Sequence record: SRR31156797_6573
Length of the DNA: 64,000 nt
Direction: 5' to 3' (one strand)
Part shown: one piece after another, positions 26,508 through 37,755 of the stretch
How positions within the stretch are numbered: the first letter of the stretch is position 1
Layout: the number at the start of each line of letters is the position of its first letter
Made by a program: the position numbers and the translations under genes
The notes under the pieces: generated by a model
The model's database searches: none
Told to the model about the DNA's origin: nothing
Seen by the model: only the letters and a program-made list of their open reading frames with translations

Positions 26508-27176
26508 ATGGTGGTTTCGAATTTAGCATTGCGTAAGACAGTTAAAGTGGTGGTATTGAGCATAGTGACATGGGCGATGAGCGCTCATATGGCAATGGCG
26601 AATCCAAGCGAAGATATGCTTGACCAGTTCAACCAAGCGTCACAGGGCGACTCGGAACTCGTCGACAGGGTATATGAACAGTTGTCTAAACAGGTAAAAG
26701 AGCAGGGGGCGACGCCCGTTAGTTTGGTTTACCTTGGCAGCACACAAACTCTACAAGGCAGAGAAGCGTTCATGCCTTGGAATAAAATGAAGTTTACGGA
26801 AAGTGGTTTGGCAACCATTCAAAAAGGCTTGGATATGATGACGGATAGACCGATTCCGATTCAAGATCAACAACGTCTTCAAGGTTTGCCTGAGTATCAA
26901 CTCGCCACGGCAATGGCGGCAACCACTTATACTGCCCTCCCTGATCTGTTTAACCATTTTGAGCGTGGTTATGAACTGTACCTTTCACTGTTGGATGAAC
27001 CGAGTTTCAAACATCAACCTTTTGTTGCCTCTGCATGGATTTACCACTATGCGGTACAAGCCGCGATTCGAGCTGAAGATTTGTCACAAGCTAAAAAATG
27101 GCTGCACCAAATGGAGCGTTATGACGCTAATCACCCGGAAACAAAAGCCGCAAAGGACTTAGTGGAAAACTATTGA
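26508..27176 (+). CDS. Exported helical hypothetical protein
   Basis: Signal peptide ending AMA; first gene of the ABC cluster. Confidence 0.7.
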   Translation: MVVSNLALRKTVKVVVLSIVTWAMSAHMAMANPSEDMLDQFNQASQGDSELVDRVYEQLSKQVKEQGATPVSLVYLGSTQTLQGREAFMPWNKMKFTESGLATIQKGLDMMTDRPIPIQDQQRLQGLPEYQLATAMAATTYTALPDLFNHFERGYELYLSLLDEPSFKHQPFVASAWIYHYAVQAAIRAEDLSQAKKWLHQMERYDANHPETKAAKDLVENY

Positions 27177-27185
27177 GGTGCATGC

Positions 27186-27875
27186 ATGATCGCTTTTAAT
27201 CAAATCAGTCGTGACTACGCTTTGGGTAATCAAACCGTACCAGCGTTAAAAGAAGTGAGTGGACAAGTTGATGTAGGTGAAATGGTCGCGCTGTGCGGGC
27301 CATCGGGCTCAGGGAAGAGTACGCTGCTGAACGTGCTTGGCATGCTTGATACTCAATATCAAGGGCAGGTTACGTTAGCTGGGCAGCTTTATCCTACTAA
27401 GCCCCGTCAGGCCGCTCAAGTGCGTCGTAAACAGTTAGGTTTTGTGTTTCAGAAGTTCAATCTTGTCCCTGTAATGACGGCGTTAGAGAACGTTTCTTAT
27501 CCTCTACACCTCAACGGTTTCTCAAAAGCCGAACAAACAAAGCTGGCTACCGAGATGCTAAATCGTGTTGGTTTAGGTGATTTTGTTGATCATAGGCCGG
27601 ACAATTTATCGGGTGGACAGCAACAGCGCGTTGCTATCGCCCGAGCTTTAGTGCACAAACCGACATTGGTTATCGCTGATGAACCTACGGCCAGCCTTGA
27701 CAGCCAGACAGCGAACAATGTGATTGAAATTATGAAAGCACTAGGGCACGAGCTTGGTACCACTTTTATTGTCGCCACGCACGACCCTAGAATGGCATCA
27801 AGATGCGATCGAACCATTGAGTTGGTCGACGGTGTTATCGTATCGAGCCGAGCGTGCACGGAGAAACGACTATGA
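27186..27875 (+). CDS. ABC ATP-binding protein (LolD/MacB-like)
   Basis: GPSGSGKS, LSGGQQQRV, ADEPT. Confidence 0.92.
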   Translation: MIAFNQISRDYALGNQTVPALKEVSGQVDVGEMVALCGPSGSGKSTLLNVLGMLDTQYQGQVTLAGQLYPTKPRQAAQVRRKQLGFVFQKFNLVPVMTALENVSYPLHLNGFSKAEQTKLATEMLNRVGLGDFVDHRPDNLSGGQQQRVAIARALVHKPTLVIADEPTASLDSQTANNVIEIMKALGHELGTTFIVATHDPRMASRCDRTIELVDGVIVSSRACTEKRL

Positions 27876-29140
27876 GTAAATTGGTTCCCATTTCCCTTCG
27901 ATTAGCTTGGTTGAACTTACAGCGTAATGGCCGTCGCAGTATTCTTTCCATCCTGATAATTGCTATCGCTGTATTTGCGTTAACCAGCGCCGGAGGCTTT
28001 GGCTTATACACCTACGAAAGCCTCAAAGAATCCACTGCTCGTGATACGGGGCACCTGACGATCAGCACTCCTGGATACTTTGCCAAAGAAGAAGAGATGC
28101 CGTTAAGCAATGGTCTCAGCCATGCGAAAGAAATTACTCGCCAAATCATTGGTATTAATGACGTGCGCGGTGTTCAGCCTCGCGTGGAGTTTAGTGGCTT
28201 AATCTCCAATGGCAGTAAATCTGCAATCTTCATTGCGGTTGGGGTTAACGAACGTGAATTTGATATGAAAGGGCCATTTTTAGATGTACGTGAAGGCCAA
28301 ACCTTGTCCAACATTCATGCTTCGCGTTACGACCCGTCTGAACCTGAAGTGATGTTAGGTGTTGATTTGGCCAAAAACCTCAATGTGACCGTTGGTAACT
28401 GGATCACTTTGCTTTCGACCACAACCGATGGTGCTTTGAATGCCTACGATTTTAAGGTTCGAGGCATTTTCTCTACGGGTGTTCCAGAGTTAGACAAGCG
28501 TCAGTTGTATGTACATATCGATAGCGCACAGTCGTTACTGGGGTCGGATAAAGTCAGTACCTTGTCGGTGTTCTTATTTGACACTCAGTTGACGCAAGAC
28601 ATTCAGCAGCAAGTGGCGCAAATTTTAACGGCTCAACAACTTTCACTTGGAGGACAAGAGTTTGAAATTACCCCTTGGCAAGATCGTGCATTCTACTACT
28701 TAAAAGTAAAAGATCTGTACGACCGCATTTTTGGCATCTTAGGTGCGGTTATGTCATTGGTGGTCTTTGTTGCGTTGTTTAACACCATGACTATGTCTGT
28801 GACTGAGCGAATACGTGAAATTGGCACCTTGTCGGCTCTGGGATGTTATCCCAATGAAATCATTGCTGGTTTCTTGAGAGAGGCGGGGTTACTTGCGCTA
28901 ATTGGTAGTGCTATTGGTTCTTGTCTTACGGCTTTCGTCGCTTTGCTACTGATGGTCGTTGATGTTCAGATGCCGCCTCCGCCAGGAAGTACAGAAGGTT
29001 ATCCATTGATCATCTATTTCTCTTGGCAGTTAGCTGTGCTATCTGGCGTTGCAGTAATAACGATTTGTCTGGTTGCCGCGTTCTTTTCTGCACGCAAAGG
29101 TGTCAATAAGCCCATCACGGAGGCCTTAGTTTATGTTTAG
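27872..29140 (+). CDS. ABC permease (FtsX/LolC-E-like)
   Basis: NLQRNGRRS, NTMTMSVTERIREIGTL; ATGA overlap. Confidence 0.9.
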   Translation: MSKLVPISLRLAWLNLQRNGRRSILSILIIAIAVFALTSAGGFGLYTYESLKESTARDTGHLTISTPGYFAKEEEMPLSNGLSHAKEITRQIIGINDVRGVQPRVEFSGLISNGSKSAIFIAVGVNEREFDMKGPFLDVREGQTLSNIHASRYDPSEPEVMLGVDLAKNLNVTVGNWITLLSTTTDGALNAYDFKVRGIFSTGVPELDKRQLYVHIDSAQSLLGSDKVSTLSVFLFDTQLTQDIQQQVAQILTAQQLSLGGQEFEITPWQDRAFYYLKVKDLYDRIFGILGAVMSLVVFVALFNTMTMSVTERIREIGTLSALGCYPNEIIAGFLREAGLLALIGSAIGSCLTAFVALLLMVVDVQMPPPPGSTEGYPLIIYFSWQLAVLSGVAVITICLVAAFFSARKGVNKPITEALVYV

Positions 29141-29909
29141 CTTAAAACCGATTATCTGTGTGGCTTTACTGTTGATGATTAGTCCGTTTGTGATGTCGCA
29201 GCAAGCAACAATAGATGCACAGCAAGTTGCGTTGCTGATTGAAAAAGCAGACAGCTACCGCCTGCAAGATAGCTCTTCTAAAGTGGTGTCGATGATCAGT
29301 TTGTATCAAGACCAAAAACTCGATAAAACTCGGCGCTATCATGTTTACACTCGACCTAATCGCGAATCACTAGTGGTGTTTAAATCTGCGGTTGAAGCGG
29401 GGCAAAAAATGCTAATGATCGGCGATAACTACTGGCTACAAATGCCAAAGAGTCGCCGCCCGATTCGCATTACCCCAATGCAAAAGCTGCTTGGCGAAGC
29501 ATCTATAGGTGACATCTCGACACTCACCTGGAGTCAAGACTATCAGGGAGAATGGAAAGCGACGGATACGCTTGATGTTGATGGTGTAAGTGTTACCGCT
29601 CATCACATCGAATTGTCGGCTAAAACCAAAGGGGCAAGCTATCAAAAAATCGATTTGTGGCTTTCTACGCAGGATGCGTTTCCGATTAAAGCGGATCTTT
29701 ATTTGCGGTCAGGGAAGTTGGCGAAACAGGCATTCTACGACCGTTCATCACTCAATGAGAAAGGCTATATCGGTAAAATGACGTTGTTAGACAGTATTCA
29801 ACCGAATAAAAAAACTGTCATTGAGTATCTGGAAATCTCGCCGTGGCAACTGGACGCTAAGTTTTACAATCCGAGCTACTTACCTAAAGTGAACACTTCC
29901 CAGTTATAG
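29133..29909 (+). CDS. Outer-membrane lipoprotein-sorting protein (LolA-like)
   Basis: GQKMLM...RRPIRITPMQKLLG motif, signal peptide. Confidence 0.8.
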   Translation: MFSLKPIICVALLLMISPFVMSQQATIDAQQVALLIEKADSYRLQDSSSKVVSMISLYQDQKLDKTRRYHVYTRPNRESLVVFKSAVEAGQKMLMIGDNYWLQMPKSRRPIRITPMQKLLGEASIGDISTLTWSQDYQGEWKATDTLDVDGVSVTAHHIELSAKTKGASYQKIDLWLSTQDAFPIKADLYLRSGKLAKQAFYDRSSLNEKGYIGKMTLLDSIQPNKKTVIEYLEISPWQLDAKFYNPSYLPKVNTSQL

Positions 29910-29931
29910 CTTGTTCAGTTAAGGATTATTG

Positions 29932-31221
29932 ATGAAACGGTACGTCTTTGCAGTAGTGTTGAGCTTAGCCATATTCACCAGTACGAGAGTGGCAAGTGAA
30001 GAGCTGACCTTTGAGTGGGATTGGACATTAGGTTATCAAACCACTGAGCAACACGATACAGCGTTCTTCAACGGTGAAAGTGGTCATCATGATGTGGTTA
30101 ACGCCTTACTCGATGTTCAGGTCAACTATGAAAACTGGGTGGGGCTGTTTGCACTGTATAGCCGTGATTTGTACTCCTATCAGTATGGTGAGTCACAATG
30201 GTGGAACCAAGCTGACCATCAGTTTCTGGTGCGCGAGTTAGCCTGGTTAGGTGAGTGGCACTTCGGCGATACGACACTCGATGTCAGCGTAGGTAAACTG
30301 CGTGTAGACTGGGGCGTGGGCTACGGTTATCGGGTACTCGATCTGTTCAAACCTTACCGGCAAAATCCGGTTGGTATTGTTGCGGAAGAGGGCGCAGGGG
30401 TAATGTCGATTTCACATTATGATATGAGTGGAGAATGGACGTTTATCGCGACAGATTCAAGCTGGGGGCAAATGGAGCTGAGTAAGCTCGACCTAGCTGC
30501 AGAGCAGCAGGGTTTTGGAGTTCGGCGTTACATCTTGGTTGACGATAGTGAGTACCAGTGGGTTGGCTATTACGATAATGTACGACGAGGTTTGGTGGGG
30601 GGCAGTGTTGTCACCTTGCTGGACGAGTCTACCTCGCTCCACAGCTCTATGCTGTGGCAAAAGCGCAGTGTAGGTTATCAAATTAACGACCAATATCAGC
30701 CAGTTTCTGTCGTCGAACAAGATGACGCTTTTCAGGCATTACTTGGTATCAACTGGGCTAACCAAACTGGGCATAATCTTATTGCTGAGTACTGGTATGA
30801 CAGCCGGGCATGGTCTAATAGTCAATGGCAGCAAGCGATTAACCGTGGCAATGAACTTACTTTATCATCGGAGACTTCTTCTCTCGCCAATAGTTATGCG
30901 CAAGGCTTTCAGCATAGTAATTTAGTTCAACACAATTTGATGTTTCACTGGCGTTGGAATTTAGAAACTTGGGTTACAAGGCAATCTTCCGTAGATCTAA
31001 ATTGGATGAGTCAGTTACAGCCCAGTTTAGATGTGATGGTGGCAGCGCAAGATGGTGGGGCGATGATCACTCCAAGAATGAACTATCAGTGGCTTGATAC
31101 TGGGGACCAAAGTGCAGAAGTGGAAGTCGCCGCACGATTTTTAGCGGGAGACTCGCAATCTGCTTACGCTCAAATCAATGATAAGACTATGATAGTACTT
31201 AATATCAAAGGGAAATTTTAA
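29932..31221 (+). CDS. Putative outer-membrane beta-barrel protein
   Basis: Signal peptide, VGKLRVDWGVG, C-terminal Phe. Confidence 0.65.
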   Translation: MKRYVFAVVLSLAIFTSTRVASEELTFEWDWTLGYQTTEQHDTAFFNGESGHHDVVNALLDVQVNYENWVGLFALYSRDLYSYQYGESQWWNQADHQFLVRELAWLGEWHFGDTTLDVSVGKLRVDWGVGYGYRVLDLFKPYRQNPVGIVAEEGAGVMSISHYDMSGEWTFIATDSSWGQMELSKLDLAAEQQGFGVRRYILVDDSEYQWVGYYDNVRRGLVGGSVVTLLDESTSLHSSMLWQKRSVGYQINDQYQPVSVVEQDDAFQALLGINWANQTGHNLIAEYWYDSRAWSNSQWQQAINRGNELTLSSETSSLANSYAQGFQHSNLVQHNLMFHWRWNLETWVTRQSSVDLNWMSQLQPSLDVMVAAQDGGAMITPRMNYQWLDTGDQSAEVEVAARFLAGDSQSAYAQINDKTMIVLNIKGKF

Positions 31222-32244
31222 ATGTGTGCAACAACATCAACCGCTAAGAGTGGATTGCTACGCAGTTTTATCGTAACCACGGTCTTTTGTGTTTTTATCT
31301 CAGCAATGACATATTCCGTTTGGGGCGATGGGTTTTATTCTCATATGCTGGTCAGTTTCGGCTTTGGCTATTCGGCGATTTTCTTCTCGTGGCTGATTGA
31401 ACGTTTATTCCCGACCATTCCTCGAATGATAGAAATCGCAATTTCACTTTCTGCGTGTGTATTGTTCGGCATTCTCAACGCCCAATTTTGGCTGGGAGGA
31501 TACTTTGGTGTATCCGGTATTCTTCCTCTGTTTTTAATGGGAGTACTGTTCAGCGGTGTGTGCTTTTTCTATTTTTATTCACGTGAGAAGCAAGCTATCG
31601 CCCAACGTGAAATAGAAACCATTAAAAGAGAAAAAGCCGAACAGGAAAGAGCGCTGCTATTGAGTCAGCTTAAGCAACTCCAAAGTCAAATCGAGCCGCA
31701 CTTTTTGTTTAATACCCTCGCCAACATTAGCGCGTTAATGTCGCAAGATGTTGATAAAGCGAAAGTCATGCTGGAACAATTAACCGCATTACTTCGTGCG
31801 ACATTAAAAAATTCGCGTGAAGAACGTACAAATATCAACCATGAGGTTACTTTGATTGAAGCTTACTTAAGCATTCAAAAGATACGCCTTGATGGTCGTT
31901 TGAACTATCGCATTGATGTCGAGGAAGGGCTTGGTGATATTGAGCTACCGCCTATGATATTGCAGCCACTGATCGAAAATGCCATTGTTCATGGTATTGA
32001 GCCGAAACGAGAAGGCGGTGAAGTGACGCTGGCGATTAAACAGTCGCAACAGCAACTGAATATTGAAGTAAAAGATACTGGTGTTGGCTTGGCTCATATG
32101 AGCAGCCATTCTGGATTTGGTGTGGGTTTAAGTAACATCAAACAACGTATTGAAGCACTGTTTTCAGGCAAAGGAACGGTGGCAGTCAGTGAGCTTGTTG
32201 AAGGTGGTGTCAGCGTTAAATTAAGCTGGCCAATAAAGAGTTAA
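31222..32244 (+). CDS. LytS/YehU-type sensor histidine kinase
   Basis: [33 protein letters not shown]. Confidence 0.92.
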   Translation: MCATTSTAKSGLLRSFIVTTVFCVFISAMTYSVWGDGFYSHMLVSFGFGYSAIFFSWLIERLFPTIPRMIEIAISLSACVLFGILNAQFWLGGYFGVSGILPLFLMGVLFSGVCFFYFYSREKQAIAQREIETIKREKAEQERALLLSQLKQLQSQIEPHFLFNTLANISALMSQDVDKAKVMLEQLTALLRATLKNSREERTNINHEVTLIEAYLSIQKIRLDGRLNYRIDVEEGLGDIELPPMILQPLIENAIVHGIEPKREGGEVTLAIKQSQQQLNIEVKDTGVGLAHMSSHSGFGVGLSNIKQRIEALFSGKGTVAVSELVEGGVSVKLSWPIKS

Positions 32245-32264
32245 CCGCGAGTAGGTTGGAAGAA

Positions 32265-33056
32265 ATGAAAACAGAGTATACCGCTATTATTGCTGATGAT
32301 GAGCCGTTACTACGACGCCACCTTGACCTAAGCCTAGCGGAAGTCTGGCCACAACTTGAAGTGGTAGCAAAGGTGGCCGATGGTGAGCAAGCGCTAATCG
32401 CAATTGAACAGCATCAACCTGATATCGTTTTTCTTGATATTCGTATGCCAGTGTTAGATGGAATGGCATTGGCAAAAAAACTGAACACTTTAACTAAGCC
32501 GCCTCTGATTGTTTTCGTCACGGCTTACGATGATTATGCGATTAGCGCTTTTGAACAGAACGCGGTTGATTACATTCTTAAGCCTATCTCTGAACAGCGA
32601 TTACAAACGACTTGTGAACGTGTTAAAGCCCGTTTAGTGGATCACAACAAAGACAGAGACAATGTTCAGTTAGACAGTCTGCTACAACAGTTACAGCAGT
32701 TTTCTGCGCCGAAGCTCCCTCAATATCTTCAATGGATCAAAGCCATGCAGGCTGAAGATTTGCATCTCATTGCCGCGTCAGATGTGCTGTATTTTAAAGC
32801 TGAGGAAAAGTACGTTTCGGTTTACGCACAGCAAAATCAAGGCGTGGTACAGGAGTTTTTGATTCGTACTTCACTGAAAGAACTGATGACCCAACTCGAT
32901 CCGGAGCAGTTTTGGCAAGTACATCGTTCAACTGTGGTTCAAGTAAATAAGATTAATCGAGTTAGCAAGGATTTTACGGGACGAATGTTTGTCGATGTAG
33001 GCAACGCAAAACTGCCTGTCAGTCGTTCTTTTCAAAGCTTATTCAAAAGCATGTAA
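32265..33056 (+). CDS. LytTR family response regulator
   Basis: [26 protein letters not shown]. Confidence 0.93.
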   Translation: MKTEYTAIIADDEPLLRRHLDLSLAEVWPQLEVVAKVADGEQALIAIEQHQPDIVFLDIRMPVLDGMALAKKLNTLTKPPLIVFVTAYDDYAISAFEQNAVDYILKPISEQRLQTTCERVKARLVDHNKDRDNVQLDSLLQQLQQFSAPKLPQYLQWIKAMQAEDLHLIAASDVLYFKAEEKYVSVYAQQNQGVVQEFLIRTSLKELMTQLDPEQFWQVHRSTVVQVNKINRVSKDFTGRMFVDVGNAKLPVSRSFQSLFKSM

Positions 33057-33303
33057 ATTAAAGAGACTAGAAGTTAGCTCTTTGCTTTAAAGAGATTGAC
33101 CCAGTAGCAATTATTACGGATTAATTTAACTCGTCGATTACCCCCCACTTAGTTTAAATTGCAGTTTTCTTCGTTTGTCTTAAACACTGCTTTTCTTCGC
33201 TTTCCCTAGATCAAACGTCTCCCCAATAGTGATCATCTTGCGACATTTGAGTGCACTACCTTATACATTTCTTTGATGTTTTTGTTCTAAATGCATGTAT
33301 TTC

Positions 33304-33334
33304 TTGTATACAACTTCGTGGCATGAAATCTGCA
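33304..33334 (+). promoter_or_regulatory. GntR-type palindrome followed by sigma54 -24/-12 promoter
   Basis: TTGTATACAA (33304-33313); TGGCATGAAATCTGCA with GG-N10-GC (33319-33334). Confidence 0.6.
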
Positions 33335-33496
33335 TTTCATGAATTGCACACCAAGAAAAATATTTTTCCTTGATGTCGTTATGTTACTAAAGCCGGAAGC
33401 AGCATGTTGTTCCATTGATGTCTTGGAGCTGCTTATTTGGCGAAAAGGCGCGATTTGCGCTGAATATGGATTGAATTGAAAATTAAGGGAACACTC

Positions 33497-34750
33497 ATGA
33501 AAACACGATTACGTAGTTATCTTTCCACCGCAGTAAAATCAAGCTTATTGGTGGCTAGTCTGGCTGGCTTTCAGTCAACTGCATTAGCTAATGATAATGA
33601 AGCGACACTGACTATTCTTAACTCACAGTGGTTAGATGCGTTACGTGGTGAATCGTTGTGGGGCGCGATGAAAAAGTTTGAGGCAACAGATCCAGCTGTA
33701 ACCCTTGAACGTGAAATGATTTCTTCATCAGAAATGTATACAAAAATGATGACGCAGTTGGCTGGTGGTCAAGGTGCTGACTTGTTGATTCTGCAAGAAG
33801 GCCTATTCTATTCTGCGGCTAATGCCGGATTTTTAACCGATATTAGCGAAGCTGTGGAAGGTGTCGATAATCTAAACACAACTAACAGCAACGGTGTTAT
33901 TGATGGTAAGCGTCTGGGTATTGCATGGCAGCGTGCACCTTATGCTCTTATCTACAACAAAACTCTTACGGATGGTGCGGGTGTTTCTGCTCCGACAACG
34001 CTTGATGACTTAATTGATGCAGCTAAAACAGTCCATGATAAATCTGATGTGATTGGTTTCACTGCTCGTCACCGCATGGCTGACGTTGGTTCTTGGTCAA
34101 TGGATTTCCAAAACTGGGCGTTTGGTTACGGTGTTGACTGGGTGAATGCTGATGGTGAACTGACCGTAAATACGCCAGAGGCTGTTAAAGCCGTTGAAGC
34201 ATTCAAAAAATTGTATGACGCGGACATCATTCCAAAAGGTGATGATATGCCGACTCAGCGTACTCGCTTTAAACAAAACCAAGTTGCATTCAGTATAGAT
34301 AACAGTGGCGGCACTTTGAACATTGCTAATGGTGGTGAGTTAGATTCTAAAAATCTGGCGGCGGCATTATTACCATTCCCTAACCCAGGCGCACACCAGC
34401 AGTTGTTTATTGCACTTAACGCGAAAAGCGAGCACAAAGCTGAAGCGATTAAATTCCTGAATTGGTTGGTCTCAGCAGAAGGTCAAAATGCTTTACGTCA
34501 GGCATCAGGCCCTGATGCACTAGCAACTGATGTTCCTGTTACTCCAGAATTCCTTGCTGCAAACCCTTGGGCGGCATCATTTGCCGAAGCGGGCAAGCAC
34601 TCACGCAGTACTTTGATTCCTGGATATGAAAATGAAACTCCAGCAATCATGCGTACCGTTATGGGCGCAGTAGAAAAAGTGATTGTTGCGAATGAAGATG
34701 CTAAAGACGCGTTAGATTTCGCTCAAAAACGTATTGCAATGAAATACTAA
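33497..34750 (+). CDS. CUT1-type ABC transporter substrate-binding protein
   Basis: Signal peptide, ALIYNK, AIKFLNWL. Confidence 0.88.
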   Translation: MKTRLRSYLSTAVKSSLLVASLAGFQSTALANDNEATLTILNSQWLDALRGESLWGAMKKFEATDPAVTLEREMISSSEMYTKMMTQLAGGQGADLLILQEGLFYSAANAGFLTDISEAVEGVDNLNTTNSNGVIDGKRLGIAWQRAPYALIYNKTLTDGAGVSAPTTLDDLIDAAKTVHDKSDVIGFTARHRMADVGSWSMDFQNWAFGYGVDWVNADGELTVNTPEAVKAVEAFKKLYDADIIPKGDDMPTQRTRFKQNQVAFSIDNSGGTLNIANGGELDSKNLAAALLPFPNPGAHQQLFIALNAKSEHKAEAIKFLNWLVSAEGQNALRQASGPDALATDVPVTPEFLAANPWAASFAEAGKHSRSTLIPGYENETPAIMRTVMGAVEKVIVANEDAKDALDFAQKRIAMKY

Positions 34751-34780
34751 ACCAGAGACCTATCGATTAAGAGAGTCCTC

Positions 34781-35680
34781 ATGGAAGCAATTTTAACACA
34801 ACGCTCGCGTAAGGCGCGAGCGTCCTTTCTGCCTTATTATTTCGTTGCTTTGCCGATGATTTATTTGGCGGTATTTATGTACTGGCCGCTGATTAAAGAG
34901 ATGTATATGAGTTTAACATCTGCGATGTTAACCAATCCATCGGGTGGTAAGTTTATTGGACTAGGGAACTATGAACTGATGTTCCAGGACCCTACGTTCT
35001 TTAAAACGGTCAGAGTCACCATTGTTTACTCACTGTTGTCAGTGGTGTTTAGTGTGGCGTTAGGTGTGGTGGCAGCACTGGCTATCAACCGTCCTTTCCC
35101 CGGTCGCGCAATCGTACGTGCAATCCTGTTGTTTGGATGGGCAGTGCCGAGTGTGGCTGCAGCACTAATTTGGTTGTGGATGTATAACGAGCGATCAGGT
35201 GTATTTAACCAGATTGCACTGATGCTAGGCTTTGATGCTCAAACTTGGTTGACCAGTACAGACATGGCGATGACATCGATTGTACTGGTAACCGTTTGGC
35301 AAGCGGTTCCTTTTGTTATGTTGGTTGTGCTGGCGGCGTTGCAGTCAGTGCCTGATGAAGTAAGGGAAGCGGCACGCATAGATGGCGCTGATGCGTTGAA
35401 CGTTTACCGCAATGTGACCTGGCCACATATCCGTCCCGCGGTTCAGTTGGTCGCTCTGCTCATCACGGTATGGTCAATTCGTCGCTACGATCTGATTTAC
35501 CTGCTCACCGGTGGTGGTCCGTTAGATAGTACTGGTACTTTGGTTATCCAGCTAAAACAAATCGCGTTCCGCGACTACGAATTAGGTGTGGCGAGTGCCT
35601 ACGGGGTTGTTGGTTTGGTATTGGCTATGTTAGTTGCAGCCTTCCACCAATATGTAGAACGTCGTCAAGCAAGGAAATAA
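34781..35680 (+). CDS. CUT1 ABC permease
   Basis: FIGLGNY, EAARIDGA, LLTGGGP. Confidence 0.92.
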   Translation: MEAILTQRSRKARASFLPYYFVALPMIYLAVFMYWPLIKEMYMSLTSAMLTNPSGGKFIGLGNYELMFQDPTFFKTVRVTIVYSLLSVVFSVALGVVAALAINRPFPGRAIVRAILLFGWAVPSVAAALIWLWMYNERSGVFNQIALMLGFDAQTWLTSTDMAMTSIVLVTVWQAVPFVMLVVLAALQSVPDEVREAARIDGADALNVYRNVTWPHIRPAVQLVALLITVWSIRRYDLIYLLTGGGPLDSTGTLVIQLKQIAFRDYELGVASAYGVVGLVLAMLVAAFHQYVERRQARK

Positions 35681-35682
35681 GT

Positions 35683-36513
35683 ATGTTGATAAGGAAAACA
35701 CCAGCGTTATTACGTTACGTATTAATCGCAATATTACTGGTTTTCAGTGGATTCCCTATCTACTGGATGCTGAATACTGGGCTTTCAGCTGAAGCTCAGC
35801 TATACAATGAAGGTCAGAGTTTTTGGCTCCAGCTAGCAAACCTGCCGACTATGTTAGCATCGCTAAGTAGCGTTCCTGTGATGCACTGGTTATTTAATAC
35901 CTTCTTTATCGCTGCTGGTACAACAGTGTTAAGTTTGGTTTTGGGCGCTTTACTGGGTTATGCGCTAAGCCGACTTAAGTTCCACGGTAAAGGCTTAATT
36001 GGGTTCTTACTTTTCACTACTCAGGTTGTGCCTGAAGCGCTACTGGTAGTCCCTCTGTACTCAATGTTTATTACGATGGGTCTTTTAAACAGTATGTTTG
36101 GTCTGATATTGGCCAATGTCGGTTTTGCTTTGCCTGTCTCGGCTTTCATTATCAAAGGTGCGATTGATCAGGTTCCATATGAAATTGAAGAATCCGCTGC
36201 GGTTGATAACTGCCCGCGTTATGGCATTTTTTCAACCATCATTCTGCCATTGATCGCTCCAAGCCTGTCGGCAGCAGCGGTTATTTCATTCTTCTCTGGA
36301 TGGAATGAGTTCCTGTTTGCATCAACATTCATCAATGACGATGATTTGTGGCCTGCGAGTGTTGGTCTGGCTTCTTTCATTGGTCAATACGACACACCGT
36401 TATCAACCGTTATGACGGCGGCACTGATTTTCAGTATCCCAGCCATTGTCTTTTTCTTAATTATTCAACGTAGAATTGTAGCTGGTTTAACTGCTGGCTC
36501 TGTTAAGGGGTAA
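35683..36513 (+). CDS. CUT1 ABC permease
   Basis: EIEESAAVD, WNEFLFA, GLTAGSVKG. Confidence 0.92.
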   Translation: MLIRKTPALLRYVLIAILLVFSGFPIYWMLNTGLSAEAQLYNEGQSFWLQLANLPTMLASLSSVPVMHWLFNTFFIAAGTTVLSLVLGALLGYALSRLKFHGKGLIGFLLFTTQVVPEALLVVPLYSMFITMGLLNSMFGLILANVGFALPVSAFIIKGAIDQVPYEIEESAAVDNCPRYGIFSTIILPLIAPSLSAAAVISFFSGWNEFLFASTFINDDDLWPASVGLASFIGQYDTPLSTVMTAALIFSIPAIVFFLIIQRRIVAGLTAGSVKG

Positions 36514-36516
36514 ATC

Positions 36517-37725
36517 ATGCCTAAACTTAATTTTCATAATGTATCTAAGTCTTTTGGTGATCATACCGTCATTAGCGAGTTCAATGCAGAAGTCAATGAT
36601 CGTGAGTTCTTAGTGTTGTTGGGACCATCAGGCTGTGGTAAATCCACGCTACTGCGCATGATTGCGGGTTTGTCTGATATTTCTGGTGGTGATTTCCTGA
36701 TTGATGATCAGGTGGCAAACGACTGGACGCCTAAAGAGCGAGGTATTGCGTTTGTATTCCAGACCTATGCGCTATACCCACATCTAACGGTACGTGAAAA
36801 CATTGCGTTTCCGTTAATGATGAACCGATTTAACTGGTGGCATCACCTTCCAATGATCAACACTCTAAAGCGTTGGTCTCTGATGAATGATGCTTCTATC
36901 ATCCAGGCAACGGATAAAATCGCGGAGCAACTTGAGCTGACTCCGTTACTTGACCGTCGTCCAGCGGCGCTTTCTGGTGGTCAACGTCAACGTGTGGCAC
37001 TCGCGCGTTCATTGGTTCGTGATCCATCGATTTATCTGTTAGATGAACCGTTATCTAACCTTGATGCGAAACTGCGTACGCAAATGCGTTCTGAGATTTC
37101 AGCGCTGCACAAAAAGGTACAAAAAACCTTTGTTTATGTAACGCATGATCAGGTTGAAGCGATGACTATGGCTACGCGTATTATCATCATGAATCAGGGT
37201 GAGATTCAGCAAGTGGATACGCCAGAAAATATCTATAACAACCCACGTAATACATTTGTTGCCCGCTTTATTGGTGCACCAGCTATGAACCTGATTACCG
37301 TGGATATTGATGGTGGTGAGCTAAATGCATCGGGACGCGAAAGCTGGAAGCACCCTGGCGCATTACCGGAAGTTAAAAAAGCCATTATTGGTGTTCGTCC
37401 TGAGAAAATGATTCTGTCTGAGGCGCTGGAAGGCTTGATTAAAGGCTATGTCGTCGCGGTAGAAAAATTAGGGGCGGAGACGATTATTGGTTTGAATATT
37501 GGGCTTGAAGTGGATGAGGAAGAAGAGAGCTTAATTGAAAAAGACACCATTTTTATTCGTGTTCCGGGTAACGTGCACCTCGATATTGGTCAACCAGCGT
37601 CATTTAGCTACGAAGTGGAAGATTGCTACTGGTTTGACGAGCAAACAGGGGAGCGTATCGAAAACCCTGTGGGAAAGCTTTATGAGTTGGATAGCTGCAC
37701 CGAAGAACGAGTAAAACAAGCATAA
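36517..37725 (+). CDS. MalK-like ABC ATP-binding protein
   Basis: GPSGCGKS, LSGGQRQRV, DEPLSNLDAKLR. Confidence 0.93.
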   Translation: MPKLNFHNVSKSFGDHTVISEFNAEVNDREFLVLLGPSGCGKSTLLRMIAGLSDISGGDFLIDDQVANDWTPKERGIAFVFQTYALYPHLTVRENIAFPLMMNRFNWWHHLPMINTLKRWSLMNDASIIQATDKIAEQLELTPLLDRRPAALSGGQRQRVALARSLVRDPSIYLLDEPLSNLDAKLRTQMRSEISALHKKVQKTFVYVTHDQVEAMTMATRIIIMNQGEIQQVDTPENIYNNPRNTFVARFIGAPAMNLITVDIDGGELNASGRESWKHPGALPEVKKAIIGVRPEKMILSEALEGLIKGYVVAVEKLGAETIIGLNIGLEVDEEEESLIEKDTIFIRVPGNVHLDIGQPASFSYEVEDCYWFDEQTGERIENPVGKLYELDSCTEERVKQA

Positions 37726-37755
37726 AAATAGAGGCTATTGAGTTTGGGTATAGAC

